Assembly (NCBI RefSeq): GCF_000317125.1
Contig: NC_019695.1
Span: forward strand, 358,336-422,335
Direction: 5' to 3'
DNA length: 64,000 nucleotides
Source of the DNA: Chroococcidiopsis thermalis PCC 7203
GTDB taxonomy: Bacteria; Cyanobacteriota; Cyanobacteriia; Cyanobacteriales; Chroococcidiopsidaceae
Part shown: positions 35,157 through 44,364 of the stretch, in pieces
Layout: each line of letters begins with the position of its first letter
Position numbering within the stretch: position 1 is the first letter of the stretch
Program-made: the position numbers and the translations under genes
Notes under the pieces: generated by a model
The model's database searches: none
Seen by the model: the letters and a program-made list of their open reading frames with translations, nothing else
Told to the model about the DNA's origin: nothing

Positions 35157-38100
35157 TTAATAAGCTCCTAAATCTCCCCCTTGATAAGGTACGTGCGGAA
35201 ATACCCCATCTTCTGGTTTCCACAGCCGCACCCGCGCTCCAAAGGTTTCCATAATTGGTTGACCTAAAGTTTCTATGTAGTCGCGAAACACAGGTTCAAA
35301 TCTACCTTCTGTGTGATTATCTACATGCAACCATACGCGCTTAGAATTCTCTAAAATATGGCTCATTTGATCTAAATTACTAATTAGTTTGCCACCACCC
35401 CAGCGATCGATCACTCGACCGTTATTCCAATAGAAAACATCGAAGCGGATATTACCTGGAATAAAGTAATCTAAGCCTCCTAAACCAGTTGAAGCAGCAG
35501 CCGGAGAAGTCGAAATCACAACATCGCCTGCTTGTCTGTGACTGCTAATATATGCGAATGCTTCATTGTTACGCCTAGTGAGTGCGTCGTGATAGCTAGC
35601 TAAAACTCGATTTGGTTCTACGTTCAGAATTAAAAGTAAGAGAACGCTGGCGATCGCAATCCCTCTACTTGGTAATAAATTTCTCGTAAACACCTCAAAT
35701 TTGCTGGCTACACTTTCGGCAATACAAGCAGCACTATAAACAGCAAGTAAAATAAATATGGGATAAATTTGATAGGTGTACCTCGTAGCAATTTGATAAA
35801 TCAAAATAGTGAGTAGTATCAAGTTGATCGAGACGCTACTGAACAAAAACAATGTTTTTCCATCTCGCCGTTTGAGAAAATATATCCAACCTAACAAAAA
35901 GAAAAAACTATAAATAATATGCATTCGACTGGGACCCACAAAGAAATTGTTTGCCAGTCCTGAAATGCTAAAGAAATGAACTTTGAGATAAGCGTCTGTA
36001 CTGTCGGAAAGAGCTACCCAAGGAGTCAAACATCGAATCGAGAAGAAAACAAGATCGTAAGCAATAATTCCCATTGAAACGACGCTACTCATAACAATTT
36101 GCCAATCGTCCGCCCAGCGAAAAGGTCGATAGAAAAATATAAATCCTACTAAAAAGCAAGGCAATAAAGTTACAGTTACCTCTTGATTTAAGATGGTCAG
36201 AGTCAAAGCAATGAAAAATCCGTATTGGTAAGCTCTACCACTGCGATCGACAAATCCTTTGAGGAACAACCAGAAACTTAAGATGCTCAGGCATTGAACG
36301 ACTTGGTAAAACCGAATGAAGCGAGAAAAGTAAACTTGTGAAGGATCGAAAGCTAGAATTGCCGTGACGATGAGAGCTATCCAAGCTTTTCCGGTAATTT
36401 TGCGGGTGAGAACATAAACTAAAACTAGGGTGGCTGTACCCCAAAGTACGGACAAAAAGCGAGCATTCACTACTGAATCCCCTAGCAGCCGCAGCCACAG
36501 AGCCAGCATGTAGTGATAGGCTGGAGAGCGGGTGTACCAAATACCCGATGTTGCTTGGGGCGCACCTGTACGCAGAATTCCCCTCGTTGCATCTAAAGAA
36601 GTATTTTCATCTGCATCGAGATCTACGAAACCCAGGTTATAGGCTCTAACAACAAAACCGATCGCAACGATCGCACCCAGCATCAACCATTGGTTCCAAG
36701 CGGGAGAATACGCTTGGTAAGCTGTCGTCAATCGATTTATGAAGTTGTGTCGCGTGTGGCTGGGAAGTAAAATAAACAGGGCGATCGCCCCAAATCCAAA
36801 CAAAATTAAGCACATACTGATTGGAGATGCTCCAACCCTGCTAACTAAACTCAAGCTGATAAAGGCAGTTAACCCCATAGGCAACCACAACCCCAAGCAA
36901 GCTAGTCTCCTTTCCCGCCAACTCCACAACAGCGTCAGCAACACGACGATTAAAAACCCTAGCAAGATGAGTGAATCGCTTTGTTGTTGAAAAAACAGCA
37001 GTCCCCGTTCTGCTTCTGCATAGCGATGCTTGAGTAAACCAATTCCAATCAGAAAAAGCGTTCCTGGTAATAATAGCTCTGCCCCAGCGCCCAAACTATT
37101 CCACCAGCTAAGGCGATCGCCCAACCAAAATCTACCAAGACTCCAAGCGCTAACCACAGCACAACCTATACCTGCTAATTGCCACAGCCAAAAGTGCCAG
37201 AGATAATCGGGATAATTCAGCAGATATGCATCGCCCTCAAACGTGCGTTCTAACTTTTGTGCGTCTGGCGAACCCAAAACTTGTGCTGCTCGTGCTTCAC
37301 CCTCGCCATTAAACCAGCCAGATACAGGTTGCTCCAGAGTTTTCCAAGTGTTATTCGTGGTAATGGGTGCGATCGCTGCGTGCGACTTAGTTTCTGCCCA
37401 GCCATCCAAGAAAAATCCGAGCGGATTAAAGGGAGCCGCCGCACCAAGTTGGTGCAGGGGTCGAGTCAAATGTACAGCCAGGGTATTGCTGCCAGGTCGG
37501 AGAAAATTTGTCACCTCATACATGTGTAATTGGTTGTTCTGCTCGGCATCGTAGCGGTTGACCAATAAACCGTTAATCAGCAAAGCATACTTCCCATCTC
37601 CGGCAAACCGAATGAAGGCACGGGAAAACTGATGTTGTGGTATCTGCCAATCACTTCTCAGCCACACTTCTCCTTGGGTACTTTCAATTCCAGTAATCCA
37701 ATTTCCCCCTAAGAAGCGATCGAATAGTCTTGGACTGAGGCGCTTATAAGTTCCTTCTTGCACCGAACCAATTGCTTTAGCTGAAGACCAACTTTCATCA
37801 GGAAAATCGCGATCGAACCAAAGCAAACCATTGTGGGCTTCGTTGAGATTTGAAACTACCCACGGTGTTGTACCTGTTGCCAGATCGATCGCGGGTGATG
37901 TAGATAAGGGATAGACAGCGCCCTCAACTACCACACGCGGATTTTGCCGACTCTTTTGCACCTCGATCGCGATCGTATTTCTCCCAGCTTGGAGGTGGCG
38001 AGTCAAGTCAACATAGGTCGTTAATTTCCAATCTTTAGCATTGGCAAGCTGAATCCAATCGTAACCCCGCGAACGGTAAGCAACGCTATCATTCGCCCTT

Positions 38101-38435
38101 TGAAAATCCTCCGAGAATCGACTTCCTAAGCCCAGAGAATGATAGAGAATATTTCTGTCTCTAGCGATCGCCCGTCCGTTAACATAAAGAATGAAATCGT
38201 TGTCGGCACTCAACCGCAACCAGGCTGCTTCGGGAACGTCATTCAGGAAAAAAGACCGACGCGCATAAAAACGGTAAGTTGGCGCTTGGGGTGCAATCCA
38301 CTGTGTTTGGGCAGACCAAGCAACGCGATCGGCAGCAGCAGGGTTTTTATCCCAAACAGAAAAGCCTGATATGCCCAACAAAAAGCCCAAGATTATAACT
38401 AATCCGAGCGATAACCAACGGTTTAAACGATTCAT
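35157..38435 (-). CDS. Giant membrane glycosyltransferase-like protein: N-terminal extracytoplasmic domain + GT-C/PMT_2 (ArnT-like) multi-TM core + C-terminal periplasmic domain
   Basis: About 1090 aa. N-terminal signal/TM segment, then a ~450-aa soluble domain, then more than 12 TM helices rich in aromatics and loops typical of GT39/ArnT-like transferases, then a ~200-aa C-terminal domain. Start placed at MNRLNRW (38435), which directly abuts the upstream stop. Confidence 0.5.
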   Translation of the reverse strand: MNRLNRWLSLGLVIILGFLLGISGFSVWDKNPAAADRVAWSAQTQWIAPQAPTYRFYARRSFFLNDVPEAAWLRLSADNDFILYVNGRAIARDRNILYHSLGLGSRFSEDFQRANDSVAYRSRGYDWIQLANAKDWKLTTYVDLTRHLQAGRNTIAIEVQKSRQNPRVVVEGAVYPLSTSPAIDLATGTTPWVVSNLNEAHNGLLWFDRDFPDESWSSAKAIGSVQEGTYKRLSPRLFDRFLGGNWITGIESTQGEVWLRSDWQIPQHQFSRAFIRFAGDGKYALLINGLLVNRYDAEQNNQLHMYEVTNFLRPGSNTLAVHLTRPLHQLGAAAPFNPLGFFLDGWAETKSHAAIAPITTNNTWKTLEQPVSGWFNGEGEARAAQVLGSPDAQKLERTFEGDAYLLNYPDYLWHFWLWQLAGIGCAVVSAWSLGRFWLGDRLSWWNSLGAGAELLLPGTLFLIGIGLLKHRYAEAERGLLFFQQQSDSLILLGFLIVVLLTLLWSWRERRLACLGLWLPMGLTAFISLSLVSRVGASPISMCLILFGFGAIALFILLPSHTRHNFINRLTTAYQAYSPAWNQWLMLGAIVAIGFVVRAYNLGFVDLDADENTSLDATRGILRTGAPQATSGIWYTRSPAYHYMLALWLRLLGDSVVNARFLSVLWGTATLVLVYVLTRKITGKAWIALIVTAILAFDPSQVYFSRFIRFYQVVQCLSILSFWLFLKGFVDRSGRAYQYGFFIALTLTILNQEVTVTLLPCFLVGFIFFYRPFRWADDWQIVMSSVVSMGIIAYDLVFFSIRCLTPWVALSDSTDAYLKVHFFSISGLANNFFVGPSRMHIIYSFFFLLGWIYFLKRRDGKTLFLFSSVSINLILLTILIYQIATRYTYQIYPIFILLAVYSAACIAESVASKFEVFTRNLLPSRGIAIASVLLLLILNVEPNRVLASYHDALTRRNNEAFAYISSHRQAGDVVISTSPAAASTGLGGLDYFIPGNIRFDVFYWNNGRVIDRWGGGKLISNLDQMSHILENSKRVWLHVDNHTEGRFEPVFRDYIETLGQPIMETFGARVRLWKPEDGVFPHVPYQGGDLGAY

Positions 38436-39889
38436 TCTTGAGCCTCGCCAGAATCCTTCCAAGCTTTGTTGTCAATTGATTGGCGATACTGCTCCCAGGC
38501 TTTTTCAATCTTGCCATCATGGTAGCTCGCCCAAGAGTTATGCAGATATGCTTGCCCCAGTAAAGCCAAATTGCTTTGCTGGGGATACTCTTGCGTTTCA
38601 ATAATTTGTCGCGCCACTGATGCCGAGCGATCGAATTCACCATTAGCGGCTCTAGCCAACATTAAGTCATAAAGCGCTTCAATATGAGCCGGAAAAATCT
38701 GCAATGCCCTTTCAAATCGCTCTATTGCTAATCCTGTCTGGTGGTTTGTGGGGCTATTCGGACCATTAAAATAAGTCACTCCTTGATTTAAGATACTTGT
38801 CGTGAGATACTCCCTCACTAAAAAGTTTTGAGGTTGCGTTGCCAATGCATTTTGAAAATACTCTTCAGCGCGGATGAAATCTTTGCGTCGATAGCTTTCT
38901 AATCCCTTGACAAATGCGATCGCATCTGAATCTAGCTGGTTAGCATAAAATCCGGCTTCTGCCTCACGTCGCAGAAATTCCGTGTCGCCTTGCAAGGGAG
39001 GATAACAAGTTTTTAAAATCTTGCTAAGAGTAACCACTGGACGATACTGACCTTGAGCATATAGCGTATCTATGTGGCGATCGATGAAATTGGGTAAAAG
39101 CATTGAGACAACTAGTAAGGCGATCGCAACTCCTGCCCAAGGCAAAAACTTAGCTATATCTGTTATCAAAGCGTTGAAACCCCGCTCTGCTAATCCTAAA
39201 TAACAAGCCATTAAACCAATAACTAAACCAGCAACAGTAGCACTCCAACCACGACCGATGTAGGCAAAAAAATTGTTACTATAACCAAATCCTTCGACCC
39301 AAATTAGATCCCAGGATGACATTTGAAAAAAGCGACTATCTTTAATAGAAAAAGAAGCGATTGATTTGAGTGGATCGGGTTGGCTTAATGTTATATTCTG
39401 TTTCCACTGAGACTGAATTTTCGGAAAATTTCTTTGGACGTGATGAGTGGCTTCTACCCCTTGTTTGTAATAAGCCGCACTCAAAAAAGCCACGGTAGGC
39501 GACCAGGTAGTAATAAAGTAAGGAAAAAGTAGCACGGCAACTAAGCCGCTCCAGAACAGCATTCGAGCGGCGCGACTGCGACTAAACCAGAGTGCGATCG
39601 CCCCAGCTAAAAGCGCAAACAATAAAGCAATAACCCTACCTGCACTGGCGATCCTAAGATTAGTGTCAAATGCCTCTAAAGCTTCGGGAGGTAAACTATA
39701 CCAAGGAGATTTTACCCCTAAAAATAAAGTAAAAGATGCAACCAAAAAAGTAAGTCTCGTGCGCTCAAACCAGTTATACCAAACCTCTTTTTTAACTTGA
39801 TTTTGACTAATTATTCCTGTTTCAGTCACAGGTAATATATTAGTAAATCTGAGTCGAATGGTATTCAGGTAATAGAGCAAATTATTCAT
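38432..39889 (-). CDS. Polytopic membrane protein with C-terminal TPR repeats
   Basis: N-terminal TM bundle followed by TPR-like repeats (AEEYFQNALATQPQNF...YDLMLARAANGEFDRS). Confidence 0.55.
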   Translation of the reverse strand: MNNLLYYLNTIRLRFTNILPVTETGIISQNQVKKEVWYNWFERTRLTFLVASFTLFLGVKSPWYSLPPEALEAFDTNLRIASAGRVIALLFALLAGAIALWFSRSRAARMLFWSGLVAVLLFPYFITTWSPTVAFLSAAYYKQGVEATHHVQRNFPKIQSQWKQNITLSQPDPLKSIASFSIKDSRFFQMSSWDLIWVEGFGYSNNFFAYIGRGWSATVAGLVIGLMACYLGLAERGFNALITDIAKFLPWAGVAIALLVVSMLLPNFIDRHIDTLYAQGQYRPVVTLSKILKTCYPPLQGDTEFLRREAEAGFYANQLDSDAIAFVKGLESYRRKDFIRAEEYFQNALATQPQNFLVREYLTTSILNQGVTYFNGPNSPTNHQTGLAIERFERALQIFPAHIEALYDLMLARAANGEFDRSASVARQIIETQEYPQQSNLALLGQAYLHNSWASYHDGKIEKAWEQYRQSIDNKAWKDSGEAQE

Positions 39890-39894
39890 AAGAA

Positions 39895-39990
39895 GTCAGT
39901 GGCTAGTGGCTAGTGGCTGGTGGCTGGTGGCTAGATTTTCTCCCTTGTCTCCCTTGTCTTCCTTGTCCCCCTTGTCTTCAGTTTTGACTT
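39895..39990. repeat. STRR-like (GTGGCTA/GTGGCTG)5 + (CCCTTGT)4 + (TTTTGACTTCTGAC)
   Basis: Visible tandem heptamers. Confidence 0.85.
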
Positions 39991-41480
39991 CTGACTTCTA
40001 AGCGATCTCCTGGATTTATCCCTCTAGGAGAAAGTACAACCTGTTCCCCAGGCATCAAACCCGATATAATTTCTCGTTGATTGTCGAAAATTCTGCCCAT
40101 TTGGACTGGTTTGACAACTGCTTGACCTGCCTCGGCAACCATCACCATGCCTTCGCCACCAGATAAATGAATGACTGCACTTTCTGGAATTGCTAAATTA
40201 GCTTTGTCCTTATTGAATTGAACGTATCCCTGCAAGCCAGCTGCCATTTGCAGATCGTCAACGGCAATCCAAACGGAGTAAGTATAGCGGCGATCGATCC
40301 CACCTTTAGGACGTTTGCCCGCACTAGTTAAAATGGTTGGGTTGAGTCGAATCACTTTCCCTTGGAAGGTGCGACCAGGATAAGACATCAAACGTATCGT
40401 CGCGAGATCTCCAACTTTAATCGCGTTGATTTGCGCTTGGTCGATATAAGCCCTAATCGCAAAATCTTTAGATATACTAACCAGCGGACGGCTAGCACGT
40501 ACCCCTGCTAATTCACCGCGATCGATATTAACCCAACTAACTAAACCATCCATCGGTGCGTAAAGCACTGTATTGTGTAAATTTTTTAGCGCATTTTGTA
40601 GGGCTATTTTGTCGTTTTGCAGTTTCAGACGAGCATTCCCTAGTTCGTTATCGATCTCTTGTTGCGTGTGTGCTAGTTCTTGTTGAGCGCCAAGCAAGTT
40701 TTGTTGCAAAGTTGTATAAAAGTCTTGGCTACCGTAGAGCTGAATTTGGGCGTTAATCGTTTGCCGTTTGGTTGAATCTAAGTCTTTCTTCCGCGCTAAA
40801 TAACTATCTTGAATGTCGTAGAGCTGAAATTTAGAAATAGCTCCTGCTTGGACTAAGGAATTCATTTGTTGCAGTTTCTTTTGAGCGATCGCCAGCCGAT
40901 GCTGACCATCAGCAACTTGGTCTTTGAGTTCTTTATCAACCAAGGAATTCATATCTTGCACTTTAGTTGAGGCGATCGCCAGCCGATGTTTGGCAAGTTC
41001 GACATCAGTTTTTAGCTTGGCTAATTTCACTGGCGCTGACTTTTGTAAGTTCAGCAGAGCCATTTCCGAAATAGCGGCATTGTTACGGGCAGCATCAACG
41101 GCATTTTTATAGGGTTCTTGCTGGAACTGAACCAATGCCTGTCCTTTTCGTACCGACTGCCCTTCCTCAACGTAAACCTGTTCTACTGGTCCCGATACCT
41201 GTGGGCGGAGGTCTATTTTATGCAACGCCACCGACTCCCCAGGTGCAGCTACGTTATCCTCTAGAGTTTTTGGCGCTACGGCTACAGTTTTCACCGCGAT
41301 CGGTTTACCCGTTAATCGTTGCAATGCTGGATAACCAATGCTAGAAGCGTAGATTTTCGACTCTGGATTTTTGGTCGCTGGCACGAGTACGGCGATCGAT
41401 AGAACCGCCATAATCCCCAACGGCGCTGCTACTAGAGTTGTCAACACAGCACGAGAAAATAATGGATGAGAACGAATCAT
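39978..41480 (-). CDS. HlyD-family membrane fusion / periplasmic adaptor protein
   Basis: N-terminal TM anchor, long coiled-coil (repeated LAIA..KLQ.MNSLV), biotinyl/lipoyl-like beta flanks and a C-terminal beta-barrel domain. ATGA overlap with the upstream GT4 gene. Confidence 0.7.
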   Translation of the reverse strand: MIRSHPLFSRAVLTTLVAAPLGIMAVLSIAVLVPATKNPESKIYASSIGYPALQRLTGKPIAVKTVAVAPKTLEDNVAAPGESVALHKIDLRPQVSGPVEQVYVEEGQSVRKGQALVQFQQEPYKNAVDAARNNAAISEMALLNLQKSAPVKLAKLKTDVELAKHRLAIASTKVQDMNSLVDKELKDQVADGQHRLAIAQKKLQQMNSLVQAGAISKFQLYDIQDSYLARKKDLDSTKRQTINAQIQLYGSQDFYTTLQQNLLGAQQELAHTQQEIDNELGNARLKLQNDKIALQNALKNLHNTVLYAPMDGLVSWVNIDRGELAGVRASRPLVSISKDFAIRAYIDQAQINAIKVGDLATIRLMSYPGRTFQGKVIRLNPTILTSAGKRPKGGIDRRYTYSVWIAVDDLQMAAGLQGYVQFNKDKANLAIPESAVIHLSGGEGMVMVAEAGQAVVKPVQMGRIFDNQREIISGLMPGEQVVLSPRGINPGDRLEVRSQN

Positions 41481-42694
41481 AATTTCACTGTTTGAGAGAG
41501 CGTCGGCACAGTATTAGCCAAGGCGGAGCTAAACACCTCTTGCCATAGAGGAACGATCCGCGACCAGCCAAACCGAACTTGAACATCTTGCAAGCCTCTT
41601 CGTCCTAATTGTTGAGCCAGATTGGGGTCAGCCAGTACTTTCAAAATGGCGGCTGCTAGCGCTTCAGGGTCTTTTTGGGGTACTAACAGACCAGTAACTC
41701 CAGAACGGATGACATCGCCAATGCCACCAACTGCACTAGCAATTACAGGCTTTTCATGTGCTAAGGCTTCTATCATCACGATTCCTAAGCCTTCGGTATC
41801 GCCTTTGCTATCGACAATGGCAGGTAGGACAAAGATATCGCAGGAAGCGTATGCATCTGCCAATTCTTCTTTGCTGACAAAACCGAGGAATTCTACCACT
41901 TGATCTAAACCCAATGTATGACACTGAGATTTAATCTCTGTTTCTAGGATTCCCTTACCAACCACCTTTAAGCACACGGGCTGCTGTTTTAAAATCAGTG
42001 TCAAAGCCTGCAAAAGATACCGCAATCCTTTACGTTCGTCCAATCTGCCAACAAAAAGTAATTGGGGAATCTCCCCTGCTGCACGTTGTTTGGGCGGTTT
42101 TGCTTCAATCGTCAAGCCGTAAGGAATTACGGTAACTGCGCCTGAATAAATTTTGCGTACCAATCCCAGCGTGAAAGAAGAATTGGCAGTGACGCTGTTT
42201 GCATGGGGCGTGAGCCAGCGCAGAATTGACGAGACAAAGCGAAATTTATTTGCCAGTAAAAGTTCGGCTCCGTGAAAACTGAACACCATCGGAATGCCGA
42301 GAATCTTACTAGCAGGGAATGCCATCAATCCGTGTGGAAAAGCCCAGTGAACGTGAAGTAGGGCTGGTTTTTCCTTGCAGCATACCAGAAACAACCTAAT
42401 CGTACCCAGAAGGATGTAAAGAGCCGCAGCGAGTAAATAAAGCGGCTGTTTTTGCAACTTAGTCGGCGCTCCATCTCGGACGAGATTTTCAAACCGTTTG
42501 AAACAATAACGAAAACGATAAACTTTTATGCCATCTAGCATGTAGCTTTTACTACCTTCGTAGGCTGGGGCAAAAACCGAGAATGTCGTTTCCGCAGATT
42601 GACAGCGTAAAATTGCTTCTCGCACAAAGGCTCCGTGGTTGCCTTCTGCATTTTGAGGATATACCGAACTGATAACTAATATATGTTTGTTCAT
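41477..42694 (-). CDS. Glycosyltransferase family 4 (GT-B, retaining)
   Basis: C-terminal E-x7-E-type motif region (SKGDTEGLGIVMIEALAHEKPVIAS...GGIGDVI) typical of GT4. Confidence 0.75.
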   Translation of the reverse strand: MNKHILVISSVYPQNAEGNHGAFVREAILRCQSAETTFSVFAPAYEGSKSYMLDGIKVYRFRYCFKRFENLVRDGAPTKLQKQPLYLLAAALYILLGTIRLFLVCCKEKPALLHVHWAFPHGLMAFPASKILGIPMVFSFHGAELLLANKFRFVSSILRWLTPHANSVTANSSFTLGLVRKIYSGAVTVIPYGLTIEAKPPKQRAAGEIPQLLFVGRLDERKGLRYLLQALTLILKQQPVCLKVVGKGILETEIKSQCHTLGLDQVVEFLGFVSKEELADAYASCDIFVLPAIVDSKGDTEGLGIVMIEALAHEKPVIASAVGGIGDVIRSGVTGLLVPQKDPEALAAAILKVLADPNLAQQLGRRGLQDVQVRFGWSRIVPLWQEVFSSALANTVPTLSQTVKL

Positions 42695-42783
42695 TGGAGA
42701 ATGGGGAGTCGGGAATGAAGGGGAATTGTAGAGACGTTACATGTAACGTCTCTACATAAATTTATGTAACGTCTCTATATAAA

Positions 42784-43608
42784 TTAAGAATTACTCGCTA
42801 CGCGATCGCGATTAACTTGCATGTCGAAAGCTTCTTTACCAGCACGAAACCCAACATCAACTGCTTTGAACATCGCCGGAATGTATTGAAATGGTAAGAG
42901 CAAGCGATTTTCAATATGAAACCACCACCAAGTGCGGGAAAAGTTCATGGCGGATGTCACCAGCCGTCCGCGTCCAAATTTACTCTGACCGGAAAAACGT
43001 GGATGCCAAGGAGTAGCAACCTCTGTAATGTTATATCCCCAACCTGCTAAGATTGCCAAAAGGTAGCGATGGGTCACAACATCAAACGGTACTTTGGTGA
43101 GAATGTCGCGGCGCACGAGTTTGATCCAATTCATATCATGAATTTTCAAACCAAAGGACATCCGACAGGCAAGATTAGCAAATTTAGAAGCCATGACTTT
43201 GCCATCACCGCGTTGCTGTCGCCATCCGGCAACGCCGTCAACTCCTGGTACGCAAGCTTCTAATAATAAAGGTAAGTCACTCTGAAAATCAGATTCTAGA
43301 TCGGCTTGTCCCCAAAATACCCATTCTGTATTAACGTGGGCGATCGCAGTTTTCCAAACTCCGGTAACACCGCGCTTTTGAGGATGTCGAATCGTTTTTA
43401 AATAAGCATATTGACAGCATAACTGTGTCAGAATTTGAGGAGTTTGATCTGTACTGCCATCGTCAATTAAAAGTACTGGCAGAGTAAAGCCTAGATTTTG
43501 AAAAGTGCGATCGAGCGTATAGAAAAGTTTTTCCAAATTACCTTCTTCATTCAAGCAAGGAATTACGATTGTGACGGAGTGACTTAAGGCGGGAGGTGCG
43601 AATAACAT
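42784..43608 (-). CDS. Glycosyltransferase family 2 (polyprenyl-phosphate sugar synthase-like)
   Basis: Motifs VTIVIPCLNEE and LLIDDGSTDQT (DXD). Confidence 0.75.
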   Translation of the reverse strand: MLFAPPALSHSVTIVIPCLNEEGNLEKLFYTLDRTFQNLGFTLPVLLIDDGSTDQTPQILTQLCCQYAYLKTIRHPQKRGVTGVWKTAIAHVNTEWVFWGQADLESDFQSDLPLLLEACVPGVDGVAGWRQQRGDGKVMASKFANLACRMSFGLKIHDMNWIKLVRRDILTKVPFDVVTHRYLLAILAGWGYNITEVATPWHPRFSGQSKFGRGRLVTSAMNFSRTWWWFHIENRLLLPFQYIPAMFKAVDVGFRAGKEAFDMQVNRDRVASNS

Positions 43609-44281
43609 GCGGCAGAGAGAAATGTAAAAGTTTTGTTAAAAAACATCATGGCTGCGTAATGTATTGATTTAGTTCGGTAGAAGTACTTGAATCTTTATGT
43701 TTTTTGTTAAAGAATTTGTGAAGAGAAAGACAAGTTAGAGCAAAACTTAAAAAATAGTAAAAATTCTCTAGCGATCGCCATTAAATCTATGCCAATTTGT
43801 GTAATTTTACCGAGGTTCGGTTTTATTTTGAAACGCAAGTTGTTGTCAAAAAAATTTACTTTTACATAGAATCCGTAATTCAACATATTGAATTCTTAAT
43901 TGCAGTGTAAACACATAAGTGTAGTCTGCACGCATCTCAGTAGCGATCGCTACAGATTTTTTGTCAAGCGTGTAAATTGCACGATTCCATAGTCATTTTA
44001 GAAAAACGATCGGTAATTGCACTGAATTTTTAGTCCAAATTAAACTCATCTATGCAGAATTCAGTTGCGATCGAAGTATATCTATTGAAAATAAATTCAG
44101 TGTTTGTCTTCAGGTAGTTTACAACCATCTCGGACAAGATAAATCTGTAGTAAATTCGACCTCTACCTCAAGACTGAAGTTTGGCACTACTAAAAAGGAG
44201 ATTTCGAGAAAATATTATTTTGCTGCGGCTTCTCAGCTCAAATTTTGTCACGGTCTTGCTGAGAAAACCTCAGCTATGAGT

Positions 44282-44337
44282 TTTGTCTAACTGTGTAATT
44301 TGTCTAACGGTGTGAGACTAACCCGACGGTGGTTAGT
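44282..44337 (+). promoter_or_regulatory. Direct repeat TTTGTCTAAC (x2, 17 bp apart) followed by hairpin ACTAACC-N7-GGTTAGT, 30-80 nt upstream of the first giant surface-protein gene
   Basis: Visible in the sequence: gttttgtctaactgtgtaatttgtctaacggtgtgagactaacccgacggtggttagt. Confidence 0.3.
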
Positions 44338-44364
44338 TATTGAAGATCTGAACCCTGTGGAAAT

